From Octopus sinensis (lineage: Eukaryota), in the NCBI RefSeq assembly GCF_006345805.1, contig NC_043008.1, positions 44,330,001 through 44,394,000 of the forward strand: 64,000 nt of DNA. The letters are read 5' to 3'. The position numbers and the translations under genes were made by a program. Shown here piece after piece: positions 41,637-54,423 of the stretch (position 1 is its first letter; each line of letters opens with the position of its first letter). Under the pieces are notes generated by a model that was given only the letters and a program-made list of their open reading frames with translations, made no database searches and was not told where the DNA came from.

Positions 41637-42277
41637 TTTATATTTCATCACTCTACAGAAATTTCCTTTGTCAATATAGAAAGAGAAGAACTAAAGAATT
41701 TAGACTAGTGTTCATCTTGTCCAGTTTTCACATTCTAGACAGTCTCAGTCTTCTCGCCAAACAGGCCAAGTCTTCTATATAGAGTTTTTAATTACATTCA
41801 GTGTTTAGTACTTCTGTCCAGTTTTTTACCTGTCCGGTTTTCACGATTTAATTCAGTCCAATAGTTTAAGTGTCCATGGTCAAGTATTTCATTTTCTCAA
41901 GTGTCTTATCTGTGTAATCTTCCTCATGTGTCATCTTCCTCATGTTCTAATAATAATAATGATAAGTTCTAAAAAACTTATTAGAACCCTTCAATGCTGC
42001 AATTTGGCAGAATCGTTACAACTTCGGAATATGGTGCCCTGCGATATTTCTTCTGAATATTTATGTTTTGGTTTCAATTCGCCTTTTTAACACTCTGGGA
42101 TCGGTAAAATGGGGAAATAGCTACTTAGATCAATGGTATTGGCCCTCCTTTAAAATTGATGGCTCTATTACTAAATCAGAAACAATTGGCAACCCTCTTC
42201 AAAGAGAAAAAAAAACAATTTCTCCGCATGTTTTTTTTTCCAATCTCATATTTTGCATTGATAAAATGTTAAATAAT

Positions 42278-42452
42278 CTTTTACCCTTTTACTTGTTTCA
42301 GACATTTGACTGTGGCCATGCTGGATCACTGCCTTTCGTAGAGCAAATCGATCTCAGGACTTATTCTTTGTAAGCCTAGTACTTATTCTATCGGTCTGTT
42401 TTGCCGACCCGCTAAGTTACGGGGATGTAAACACACCAGCATCGGTTACCAG

Positions 42453-42505
<53 letters not shown>

Positions 42506-42623
42506 TACGACGGGCTTCTTTCAGTTTCCGTCTACCAAATCCACTCATAAGGCTTTGGTCGGCCCTAGGCTATAGTAGAAGACACTTCTCCAAGGTACCA
42601 CGCAGTGGGACTGAACCCGGAAC
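42278..42623 (-). mobile_element. SINE family A (nested, 5'-truncated)
   Basis: Reverse complement of family A body and tail. Confidence 0.85.
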
Positions 42624-43289
42624 GAATCAAAATTTAAGAATTGTCACCCCTCTGGCATGATCTGATTTCATCAGCCTTAGCCATAGAACCTCTCCTTACT
42701 GCAAAAGAATTTTTGAAGAAAATACTTTTGCTCGATATCTTAAATATGAGAGTTTTCTCCCTTTGTGAAATTGTGTTTGCTTTCGGTAAATATATTTTTA
42801 GTGAGCATGAAGCCGGCTGAAGGACAGAAGCTAAAATTGTAGAAATGAAATATCTGGAATATAATATTTATTGTTAAGTGTTCCTATCACCATGATTTTC
42901 ATTTACACATTTGATATAGCTTTTGATATATGCATTTAATAACACTTTTTCTGTTGTACAGATATATCGACACTGATATCAAACCCCATTGTAAGCTGAC
43001 GACCAGCGAAGGACGTGGGAGATTTAGGAGAAAGAAGTGAACAAAACATTGATATTATTGTTTGGTGAATGTCAAAATATTGCTACGCAAAACCAGGCAA
43101 ATATTGCGCTTCGTGATATACATTTGCAATTATAAAATATGAAAATGCATTGTTTGGACATTTCAAAGAAAATTAAATAATATTCTATTCATAATTCGAT
43201 TTGCCAATTTAGTTACACATTTTTGAAATCCTGGTCTTAGTTTGAGTAGGCACAAGCAGGAAGGTTTTTTGAAGGGCTTTTGCTTAATA

Positions 43290-43610
43290 CTTTGCTGTGC
43301 AATTCTGCGGCTTAGAACAGGTTGACCGTCCTCCCTATGAACTTGATTTGATCCCACCTTACTATCAACTGTTGCTCCTCAATATGAACAGACCGTTGGT
43401 TGTGAACTGGTAACACAGTGATGACGACGTCATCTTTGCTGTTGAGGACATTTTTTAACCAATGACAATACAGCTTCTTCACCGATGACATTCAAGTGCT
43501 GCAACGTCAAAGGAAGGAGTGTGTGGACGGTATTGAAAGCGAAACCACATTTGGTCAAATTCCATGAGAGTATCGTTGTCAGCCTATGAACTATTCAGTC
43601 GACTCTCGTT
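43290..43610 (+). mobile_element. Mariner transposase C-terminal remnant
   Basis: CGLEQVDRPPYELDLIPPYYQL...HSDDDVIFAVEDIF / SFFTDDIQVLQRQRKECVD matches the mariner HPPYSPDLAPSDY...GIxxLxxRWxKCV region; frameshifted. Confidence 0.8.
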
Positions 43611-44461
43611 TTCAAGAGACTCTTTAGAGTTACCAAAAGGGCCTGATACCAGTTAAAACTTGGAATCAAATTTTTAGCAATGCTCATGGGTTTAGTTGGA
43701 TATCGTCATGTCAAATGCATTTTCAACGCCATTTAAATATTTTGAAGAGTTAAATGGATTAGTTGTAAACATTAACAAGTGGATGGCAAAGGAGATATAG
43801 AATAACAATACAATTCCAAATTCAAAATGCAAATGATCAATTCACTAATATTATAAGCGTTCTACATAATTGTATTGTCATTATCCAAATACAGACTGTT
43901 TACCTACTTCTAAATTTCAATAGAGGCTTAAATTTATTAAATTGAAAGTAGGCTTAGTTATTTATTTGCTAAATTGAAGATAAACATATTCAGATATTCA
44001 CGAAATTTTAGACAATCTTATAAATATATTTACTAAACTGAAGATAAACATATTCAGATTATAGATATATAAATGCTTGGAATTGTATGTTCTCAAGTTT
44101 TTAAAATTTGAAACCAATTTGTATTTTTTTTAAAATATCCAAATACTCAACCATTTGGTTATTTAAAGTGAATTTATATTCATCCATCATATAGATACAA
44201 TTTTATCTAAAATTAAGTCGATTATCAGATAATAATCGGAACAGGTTTACACAAAAGTAACATCGGAGATGGGCGCATCGCTGGCCATTATTTATGTGAG
44301 TCCAGCGCAGTCCCTACCGTATATATTTATGAAACTGCTACCATTTCAGTCCTTTCTGTTTTTCTATCATCCAACAAAGTTGCTACTACCGGAACAATCC
44401 TGCTGGAGTTATTCTATAAGTATTCCAGACATGACTACCACTCAGCCCTTTGAAAGTCACT

Positions 44462-44550
44462 GACCTCGGCAGAATTTGAACTCAGAACGTAACGGCAGGC
44501 GAAATACGGCTACGCATTTCGCCCGGCGTGATGACGTTTCTCTCAGCTCT
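44462..44550 (-). mobile_element. SINE family B head fragment
   Basis: GAATTTGAACTCAGAACGTAACGGCAGGCGAAATACGGCTACGCATTTCGCCCGGCGTG. Confidence 0.8.
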
Positions 44551-45209
44551 TACGTTTTCTATTTTGTTCTTGTGCTTATGTCAACGACACCGAATCTTTT
44601 GAGTGCCCTTGGTCTTCCAGAAGACATTCTTCAAACTGACATTCTTTTAAGTAGTACTCTACATCCCACGAACCATCGTTGAAAACAAGAACGACGTTTT
44701 GGTGTATGACACCCTAACTCTCGGCAGAAAGATGCCATTTTCGCTTTAAATTAAAACGGTGGAATACAATTACAATATTTCTAGAAACTGATATTCTTTC
44801 CAATCACAGTTATATATAGAAAATTTAATTAGGGATTCTATCTGAAAAATGTCCATAAGAGGTGAAGGGACTGTGTGGCTGTTGTCTCCTGACTCGAGCC
44901 ATATATATAAATTATGTTGACTTTATAAGATAAGACACTTGGCAAAATGAAATACTGGACCATAGACAGTTAAAATATTGGACAGAATTAAAACGTGAAA
45001 ACTTGACAGGTAAAAAACTGGACAGATTAAAAACTGAACACAAGTACTAAACACTGAGTATAATTAAAACTCTATATAGAACACTTGGCTTGTTTGGCGA
45101 AAAGACTTAGCCTGTTTAGAATGTGAAAACTGGACAAGTTGAACACTGGTCTAAATTCTTTAGTTTTTCTCTTTCTATATTGACAAAGGAAATTTCTGTG
45201 ACATGTAAA

Positions 45210-46300
45210 GGTTAATAGACTATTAGAATTAAAAATCATCAGTAACAGATGTTTATACTTACATTCACATTCCGATAAGATTCTAATATGAATTCTTTTG
45301 TAACATCATGCCATTCGTGATAATAGTCATAGCATAAAAGGTATATATGCAGCAACTCAGTATGTGTCAAAGCAGCAAAGTGATAATGAACGTCTGCTTA
45401 GATATCATAATCAAATCCCTTCTCGGGCGAGCTATTAGATACTCATTTATCAGGGATACACAAAAGAAACGAAGCGTATAAAGACAAACATTACTCAACA
45501 AAGATTAACCAATTAATTATTAGACAGCTCCATATAACATTTGATTGGGCGAATTCTCTCAGATGTGTTACCACTTGAATACCGATACATATTACTGATT
45601 ACAAAAACTAGATGCACTTTGGTTTCAGAATGAAAGAGCATATAATTATAGATCCCACAAAGCACCACACTATCAAACTTATAAATGGAATGCTAGAGTA
45701 TATTACAAAATTCTTTTCATTGAAAATCCCTACACAGTGTCACTAGGCAACAGATTAGGAATCAACAGAACTCACCTAAACTTAATATAATATATAAACT
45801 CCAATACAAACGTAAAAGTTGTATAATCCTTGAATGAATTTGCCACATTGGTCATACAAAAAAAACACAGCTACAGCAATTGATCATGCGTCTACCGCAA
45901 GGCGCCATCGCAACACACGGTAATAAATGATATGCAACAAAAATAGAGACAAAACAGCTATGTCTAACGAAACAGCAATTTTATATAGACTACCTCGAAG
46001 TTAAGGAGAGGGATTGTGGCGGCCTTGCCAACAGGAGAATGAACTCAGATACAACGCACGTGAGGTGAAGTACGAAACGAAAGCTATCGGATTTTATTGC
46101 AGAATTTCAAATTATGATTGTTTGTGACTCAATGCAAAACCCACCTAAAAGGTATTTCCAGAATCATTTTTATTCGCAGATGAAGCTGAGATAGCTTCGA
46201 AACGTTAATGGTGTAGTGGATTAAGGAACTCTAATGTCCAAGCTAGACATAAAGAACAATTAAGGACACATAAAAACTAATCAATAATAAAGGACAGCAA
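45210..46300 (+). mobile_element. Decayed Penelope-like element (RT C-terminal region, GIY-YIG remnant, pseudo-LTR)
   Basis: IIKSLLGRAIRYS...RQTLLN at ~45407-45510; NIIYKLQ...SC...HIGHTKKT...GAIATH (GIY-YIG-like) at ~45780-45920; hammerhead-like CAGATGA-AGCT(GAGAT)AGCT-TC-GAAAC at 46177-46206. Order is as expected for Penelope. Confidence 0.65.
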
Positions 46301-47121
46301 ACTCTAACCTGATTGTTTCTCTAACGTGTTTGTGTGTTTATGTGTGTGTGCATGTGTATGTAGGTATGTGTGTGTGCTCGCACAAATCGAGATCATATAT
46401 ATTTCGCTGAGTTAGTTACAGGTTTCCATTTGGCTTGCTTAATTTATGTGCTGATGTACCGAAACGTATGCAAGTTTAGGTTTCTTTCTTAAGCATTTAA
46501 CTGAGCGTATGTAGATTTTTGTGAGTGTGTGGGCACATATAAAAGCTTATATATCGATATTTACATGCATATTTAAGTTAATATCGATGTGAAATCGAAC
46601 ATTTTTATATTAGTGGCCCTATGTATATGTATTTATTGTGTGTATATACGACCGTATTTATAGCCATCGATTTACATACAGAGAAAGCTATAAACATTTT
46701 TCTTCTTTTGATACATGGTTTATAAAATATGAATTCCTATAAAAAGCACCTTGTTTATGTCAACATTTATTTTATGTAAATATTTATTTTCTGAATGAAG
46801 CTTTTAGTAATATTAAAAACTAGATGGATTTAAGCTTTTATATTTAAAGACGTAAATACACATAAAATAAAACAACAAACAAGAGACTAGGTGTTTGCTA
46901 TAAATATGTGGTTGGAGGAAATAATAGCTAAACCTCCATCTAATCACTTCAAAAAATAACCAAGAAGCTAAAGAAAGGACACATCGCATAATGTAGTCCT
47001 AGATACCTGTGGAAAGAAATAATGGCGCAGGAGAGGGGGTGGGTGATAATTGACCTCACAGGGATATATTCGAACAGCGTTGAACTGATTTCTGGTTAAA
47101 CAACAACAACAGCAGCAGGTG

Positions 47122-47313
47122 GAGGTGCGATGGCCCAGTGGTTAGGGCAGCGGACTCGCGGTCGTAAGAACGCGGTTTCGATTCCCAGACTGGGCATTGC
47201 GAGTGTTTATTGAGCAAAAACACATAAGTTCTGCGATGCTCCGGCGGGTGGTGGTGGTGAACCCCTCTGTACTCTTCCACCACAAATTTTTCTCACTCTT
47301 TTTTCCTACTTCT
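47122..47313 (+). mobile_element. SINE family C, 5' half
   Basis: Intact tRNA-like head TGGCCCAGTGGTTAGGGCAGCGGACTCGCGGTCGTAAGAACGCGGTTTCGATTCCC. Confidence 0.85.
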
Positions 47314-47604
47314 GCCACAAAGAAGAGGAACCATGGTGTAACCCACTATGGTGTGGTAAACTTTCAGACCCTAGTCTAGATTGCGAATCCTCTGTACCCC
47401 AGGATGGTTCAGCTCTCGACCTGTTAAAAGCCACCGTTTAAAGAATGAGGATAACAACGTAGCTTTCGTGCCCGTGCAACTGCCAGTCTATCGCATGTGG
47501 TGGGTGGATCTTCAAGTTGCCACACGCATTCTTAGTAGCTTAGAGTAGGCTCGAATTAGAGATTATTCTTTTTTGGGTACTGGCGTGAGTCCTCATTGGA
47601 ACAA

Positions 47605-47700
47605 GAAGAAGAAGAAGAAGAAGAAGAAGAAGAAGAAGAAGAAGAAGAAGAAGAAGAAGAAGAAGAAGAAGAAGAAGAAGAAGAAGAAGAAGAAGAAGAA
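47605..47700. repeat. Pure (GAA)n tract, ~32 units
   Basis: Uninterrupted array. Confidence 0.95.
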
Positions 47701-47844
47701 GACAGCAGGAGCAGTAGCGGCTTTACGACTTGTATTGGAAGTAGAGATAGCAGCAGCAAAACATACCTGTATAACCAGGTGAACCACCGATGAAACATTT
47801 TGTCAGAAAACTGAAGTTTCGCATATTATAGACATATTAAATGC

Positions 47845-48415
47845 AGGCACCCAGTAGAAACTTTAGCGCACCAAGTAAGATGCTTAGCGGCGTTTTGCAG
47901 ATATTTACATTCTGAGTTCAAATGGAGACGATAAAATAGTATCAGTTGAATTATGGGCTCGATGTATTCGACTTACCTCTCTCCCGAAAGTGCTGGCCCT
48001 GTGCCGAATTTTGAAGCCAATATTATGGCAGTATTGAAGCAGCATGCTAGAAGAATCGTTTGGTCAAAATGTATAGCGATACTTCCTCCGGCTCTTGACA
48101 TTCTGAGTTCAAATTTCGCCAAAAACTTTTTTTACTTTTCTTCCTTCCAGGACCAATTAAAATAAATACCAGTCAGGTATTGGTGTCTATGTAATCGATT
48201 TATTTGCTCAAGCTGAAATTCCCAGTCTTGGGGAAAATTGGCAGCTTTTATTTCGGCATTATATGTTCTGAGTTCAAATTCCACCGAGGGTCCACTTTGT
48301 CATTCATCCTTTCGGGGCCGATAATCTAAGTACCGGTCAAGTGCCGGTGGTGCAAACGATTAACACCCTGTCTCACCTGAAATTAATTAATGTGTACAAA
48401 ATTGGAAACTTTATA
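47845..48415 (+). mobile_element. Cluster of ~3 decayed family B (tail B2) SINEs in tandem
   Basis: Three TTCTGAGTTCAAAT B-box motifs (~47910, ~48102, ~48266) with core and tail remnants. Confidence 0.65.
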
Positions 48416-48599
48416 TTAGACGTGTTGGAAACACTTCAATATTTGACTTAACATCTGCTCTAAAAATAATAACAAATGTTAAAATTGTATATACGTAGGT
48501 GGCATAAGAACATGACAATGTTACCTTTGTCTCTGATTATTGAAACACATACGTACGTATCTTGATCTATTTTCGGCTCGTGTTGGAGTCTCAGCCTTA

Positions 48600-48800
48600 A
48601 ATTATAACAAAAGCCATTCTGTTTAATTCCTCTTCAAACCTAGTAGTTTCAGCGAATCGGAACTCCTGATTGGCATACCATAGACGTTTAGCACTTCATT
48701 TGATATCGGAGACTTGTCGACGGATAATGCTGTCCAAGCAGTATCGTGGTATGATATATTCGTAAACCTACTTAAGAGACCTTCAAACATATACAATCTA
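48600..48800 (-). mobile_element. Decayed CR1/Jockey-group LINE RT fragment
   Basis: Minus-strand translation LNVYGMPIRSSDSLKLLGL resembles the end-of-RT K(L/Y)LG(V/L) region. Confidence 0.4.
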
Positions 48801-48847
48801 CGTTTTATCCGTACATTGAGAAAAATGGAGCAGCTGTAATAACACCC

Positions 48848-48884
<37 letters not shown>

Positions 48885-48921
48885 ATATATATATATACAC
48901 GCGTAAACAATGAAATTAGAT

Positions 48922-48979
<58 letters not shown>

Positions 48980-49510
48980 CGCCTGTGAATGTGTGTGTGT
49001 GTGTGTGTGTGTGTGTGAGTTCCAGCGTCCACGTATGTAAAGTGGGCTGATAATGACTGTGTCCTTACACTTGAAATGATTAAAAGATTCTAATCAGATG
49101 TGTTGCTTAGCATCGGAATTAAATCTACTCGATATCCGTTCTCCAAGAAAGGAGACAAGTTCTCACATTCGCACACAAGCTGACGCACGCACGCACACTC
49201 ATACACACATACACACACAGAGTAACTCATACACATACATACCTCTACACACAAACAAGAGCCATAACACCTCAAAGCCCCACCATACGACGTTTTTCCA
49301 GACATATTTGTGCATCAGAAATCTTAGTTCAGCTAAAACCTACACATTTATTCTTTGTAAATATAAACAAAGTATTACATTACACAAACTTTGGCAAAAT
49401 TCTTAAGTATCTACTCAAACTTTATTGAAAATAAAACTATGCCAGACTATTAAAATCTACGCAAGGCACTCCGCTTCATATAAAAATTTTCAGACAGGTT
49501 ATCACTGTTT

Positions 49511-49896
49511 GTGTGGAAGCACTCCGTCGGTTACGACGATAAGGATTCCGGTTGATCCGAATCAAAGGAACAGCCTGCTCGTGAAATTAACATGTAAGTG
49601 GCTGAGCACTCCACAGACACGTGTACCCTTAACGTAGTTCTCGGGGATATTCAGCGTGACACAGAGAGTGACAAGGCCGGCCCTTTGAAATACAGGTACA
49701 ACAGAAACAGGAAGTAAGAGTGAGAGAAAGTTGTGGGGAAAGAGTACAGCAGGGATCACCACCATCCCCTGCCGGAACCTCGTGGAGCTTTAGGTGTTTT
49801 CGCTCAATAAACACTCACAACGCCCGGTCTGGGAATCGAAACCGCGATCCTACGACCGCGAGTCCGCTGCCCTAACCATTGGGCCATTGCGCCTCC
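49511..49896 (-). mobile_element. SINE family C, full length with 12-bp TSD
   Basis: TTATCACTGTTT is repeated at 49499-49510 and 49897-49908; intact A/B boxes. Confidence 0.92.
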
Positions 49897-50484
49897 TTAT
49901 CACTGTTTAAACCGAGTAGCATTAAATCATGTTATCATGTCTACATCACTTGATGTGTGAAATTTATTGGAGGCAAACAAGGAAATCCTTTGGAATAGAT
50001 GGATGTTTTAGTTAATGATCATATACAATTTTTTAGTTTTATTAAAATAGAATTGTACTGGATGTTTACAATACAATCTATAGTGATTATACTTTTAAAC
50101 TATCGATTATATATTAAAATATACAGGTAGAGGGAATCATAGAAAATAAAGACAGATCCGCCAGCGTTAATTCAAGAGTTCATCTTTTTGAGCCTGGAGC
50201 CCGTGTTAGAGATTGCACCAATGGGGGTCTGAAGAAATGATACTATTAATTAAGCATTTCTACATGTCTTGCTTGATCTGCGCGGGCTTGGCCAGTGCGT
50301 CTACCGCTTGTATATACTGCTTGTATATATGCATACAAGCAAAATTAGAGAAATCGAAGAATGGAGTTATTCAGACGATGGATATTTGTGCATAAAAATA
50401 GATATATAGATATTTATATTAAAAAATCCAACTTAAATAAAATGAAAACAACAGAGAAAATTAAAGAGACGAAAGTAAGGTGTT

Positions 50485-50615
50485 CAAGGACAACAGCTGT
50501 TTCTGGGGGCTCGGAGATATATCATGATGTTGGCAGATGTAGTTCATCACAACATGTAAGCTATAATAGAAGTAATCAATGTTGGGTAAATCAAGCCTCC
50601 GTCATCAGGATAGAC
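50485..50615 (-). ncRNA. Hammerhead-like ribozyme motif with long loop II (Penelope pseudo-LTR context)
   Basis: CTGATGA-C-GGAGGCTTG...78 nt...CGAGCCCCC-A-GAAACAGCTGT with palindromic stem III. Stem I is not clearly intact. Confidence 0.5.
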
Positions 50616-51256
50616 AAGATCTTACATTTCAACTATTAGTGCAGAGAATTTCAAAGTTGGAATGATTACGTATGGGGATGATGCAGTTTCGGAGGTCGTT
50701 GGGGATATGGAAATGTTAAAACAGGGAATGATGAGAGGATTTAAACAGCTACTTCAGGAATAAGGAGGGGTTTCATAATGAGGGTATTAAGAGAAGTAGT
50801 AGTAGAGGTGGAAAGTTGGGAGATGAATGGGAAGGGTAGAGAAGTATTAATTGGAGGGCTGTTGTTGAGTTTGTGAATGGGTGTCAAAATTTAGGGATAA
50901 TCGATATAGAATTATTGGGAGTTGAGATAGAGAGAAAGGGATGGCAATTACTTAACGAAGGGAAAGTGTCTAATTCGGCAGCAGAGAGGGATTACTAAGG
51001 TATGTAGAAAGTCGCTTGTACTCTCGTTTTGCATGTATACATAAATGCATAATTTTCAGTTTATACCCAAATTGTTATATATAATATATTTCATTTGTTT
51101 ATCCGCATAATTGCATCCATATTTGCTCAACTTGATCCCTCTTATAGCCTTTCTTTAGCCCGCGAAATTGATCCCCGGTAAAAAAACTTCGGAGTGTGGA
51201 TCATTTGAGTGTTACTAAGTGACTTCTATACTTAGAATCTCTGGATCTCATCTGTT

Positions 51257-51351
<95 letters not shown>

Positions 51352-51577
51352 AACACACACATGCGCGCACTTTAGTGAATGGTAAAGCACCTCCTTACAA
51401 TGTTATTAATATATATATGTGTGTGTGTGTGTGTGTACGGGGAGATGGATGTTAGTGTTTATCGTCACATCTATATGGCTGTTCGATATTAATGCCATTT
51501 TGAACCCGAAACGGTAATTTTTTAAAGTAACTTGGTATAACCACACCTAAATTAACTTATAAAAAGACATACGCATG

Positions 51578-51585
51578 TCTGTCTG

Positions 51586-51672
<87 letters not shown>

Positions 51673-51740
51673 CTCTATCTATCTATCTCTCTACTTACCT
51701 ATCTATCTTTCCATCTATCTAGCTACCTATCCATCTATCT
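51578..51740. repeat. (TCTA)n microsatellite
   Basis: Read directly from the sequence. Confidence 0.9.
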
Positions 51741-53291
51741 AATTACGTATGTATTATGTTCGTATGCATCTAGCTATATAAATATATATGTGTGTACGCA
51801 AGCATATGTATATATATAAAAGCGCACTGACACACACACATACATACAAACGCTATATACTTTCGTACTTATACATGTGGTGGAAGGGGTTTTGTATATG
51901 TGTATATATAATTAAAACTAATTAAACTACGCCAATAATAGATCTTGCGCCAATAACGTATGTACGTAGTGTACAATGTCCAAAGTTAACCAAACATGTC
52001 TTTCATTACTGTATAATTATTGATACATTAAACATTCTAATATTCACTGAACAGTGGTAAGATGACTTAAGTTTACAGATCACGTAATATTGTGAGGATA
52101 ACTCTAATTAGAAACACTATTTTAACAGTATTAGTTAGAAGCTGGTTTATGTAATAAATACATTGTATTACTAAAGTAATTGAGATTGGTTTCAATTGCA
52201 TTATCGATTTTGAGGTTATAAAATCGATTGAAACCAACAAATGAGAATTAAGTTTCACAAATCAGTTTGCCTGCCGGTGTAAATATATGTTGGTTTAACC
52301 TATCTTGATTGAATCTGTCAAGTTGATTAGGCTTCTAAACTTGTCAATCTCACACAGAGCAAATGGCAAAACTTAAACTAACAGAATTAAAAGATTAACT
52401 GACACAGAAGGATTTATGTTAATTATCAATGGCTGATATAAGAACTGTTGACGTCTCCCACCCGAAAACATGTCATCCGTGTTTCAGTCGCTGCCAGATT
52501 GTTGATACATTCGACATAAATTCGTTTATAATCAGTTGTCTCGAAAGAGATTTATACAACACACTGTAGTAAATTAATAGATCGTAAGAAAATATTACAG
52601 CACTGATTGATTTATCTCAGATCAATACGAAGATCAATAATAGGCAAGGACATGTCAGCTATATGAAAATTAACCCAAATATCACACCAAGCTATCGAAA
52701 ATGTCCTCAGAGATTATGTTGTCTGTTAACAAGTGATAGCACCACTTGTCGCCTAAAGCAGATGTAGGTTGAATAAAATCGATATATTTAAGCAACGGCT
52801 AGAGAATGACTTGATCAATTACATTTGAAGCAAAACCAACAAAAGTTATTAACGATTACATTAAAGCAGTGGTCAATGTTTGCAGAATTATATGGAGATA
52901 GAAGATCTAGGGGGGGGAGCACGATGGGTAAGCAACAGATGGTCGGTCTCTGTGAATGGATTTATATACGTCCAGGTATAACTTAAATAAGTCTCCGAGA
53001 AATACACTACACAAAAGCGCACGGTTTTCTAACAAGCAGCAGCAACACAGCCACCCACACACTGCTGTATCTTATTCACATTAATTCACAAAAGCATACA
53101 CGGTCATGAAATAGGAGCCGCTTACAATATTTAAGAATAATTTCAAATTTTTCCTGTACCCTAAGAGTCGTGATTCCTAATTTATAACCACACACACGCA
53201 CACACATACACACGTACGCGCGCGCATACACAAACACTTAATGAAATATAATAAAATAATTAGGAAAATAACATATTTATATATATATGCC

Positions 53292-53451
53292 AAGGAGTGG
53301 CTATGTGGGAAGTATCTTCATTACGAACCACATGGTTCCAGGTTCAGTCCCACTGCGTGGCATCTTGGGCAAGTGTCTTCTACTAGAGCCTCGGGCCGAC
53401 TAAAAATCATGTGAGTGGATTTGGTAGACGGAAACTGAAAGAAACCCGTCG

Positions 53452-53482
<31 letters not shown>

Positions 53483-53708
53483 GTGTGCATATATGTTTGT
53501 GTCTGTATTTGTACTCCCACCCAACATCGCTTCACAACCGATGCTGGTTTGTTTACATGCCCGTAACTTAGCGGTTCGGCAAAACAGACCGATAGAATAA
53601 GTACTAGACTGACAAAAAATAAGTCCTGGGGTCGATTTGCTCGACTAAAGGCGGTGCTCCAGCATGGCCGCAGCCAAATGAATGGAACAAGTAAATAAGT
53701 AAAAGAGT
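53292..53708 (+). mobile_element. SINE family A, full length
   Basis: AGGAGTGGCTATGTGG head, B-box GGTTCAGTCCC, body and GTAAAAGAG tail. Confidence 0.9.
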
Positions 53709-53777
53709 ATATGCATGTCTGTGCTTGTGATAAATTAACTGAGTAGTTTTAAATTGTTAGGATTTGTATGTATTAAT

Positions 53778-53998
53778 CCTTTCTTTTATAGGCACAAGGC
53801 TTGAAATTTGGGGAGAAGGGGCCAGTCGATTAGATTGACCCCAGTACTTAATTTATCGACTTTCACTTAATGTATCGAACCCCAAAGAATGGAAGGCAAA
53901 GTCGACTTCAGCGGAATTTGAACCCAGAACGTAAAGACAGACGAAATGCTGCTAAGTATTTCGCCAGGTGTGCTAACGATTCTACCAGCTCGCCGGCT
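53778..53998 (-). mobile_element. SINE family B (tail B2)
   Basis: Reverse complement of B head and core; 3' end GCCTTGTGCCTATAAAAGAAAG. Confidence 0.8.
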
Positions 53999-54068
53999 TT
54001 CCTTAGGCCCGGGATGTATGCGATCGTGTCCTGAGGTATATGCAGCCAAAGTAAACGATATGTAAATG

Positions 54069-54099
<31 letters not shown>

Positions 54100-54161
54100 T
54101 ACCTGTATATATACATACACAGATACATATATATATAACGACAAAGGGATATTTATTTCTA

Positions 54162-54335
54162 TAATTATTAATAATAATAATAGTAATATTATTATTACTT
54201 TTATTGGGTAGTTTTATTTTTATAGCGTGCTTTCACTTCACTACCGAGCGCAGCTCTGTGTACCTTGGGTATGTGCTGTGGTTTGTTGTGATGCTCTTAT
54301 GGTTACTGTATTGAAAGTGTTTTGCGTGGAGTTTT
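54162..54335 (-). mobile_element. L2/CR1-type LINE 3' end
   Basis: Minus strand GCGCTCGGTAGTGAAGTGAAAGCACGCTATAAAAATAAAA followed by a (TAA)-rich tail, resembling the L2 3' stem-loop. Confidence 0.55.
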
Positions 54336-54337
54336 CA

Positions 54338-54423
54338 ACCACTTGCACGATAATTTCACGAACAGGCTGTTCCCTTGATTGGATCGACTGGAGCCCTCAT
54401 CGTCGTAACCGACGGAGCGCCAC
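54338..54423 (+). mobile_element. SINE family C 3' fragment
   Basis: CCACTTGCACGATAATTTCACGAACAGGCTGTTCC...CGTCGTAACCGACGGAGCGC. Confidence 0.75.

Larger units (their letters stand above)
41655..45200. mobile_element. ~3.5-kb element bounded by ~260-bp inverted repeats (putative decayed DNA transposon)
   Basis: 41655-41910 is the reverse complement of 44929-45199 (ACAGAAATTTCCTTTGTCAATATAGAAAGAG...CAAGTGTCTTATC); repeated TGTCCAGTTTT submotif. No clear TSD. Confidence 0.7.

Noticed and set aside
47122-47195. tRNA gene
   Set aside because: The tRNA-like head runs straight into SINE C body sequence and lacks a proper cloverleaf and terminator.
47573-47798. Poly-Glu/Lys/Ser ORFs
   Set aside because: Frames of a pure (GAA)n tract.
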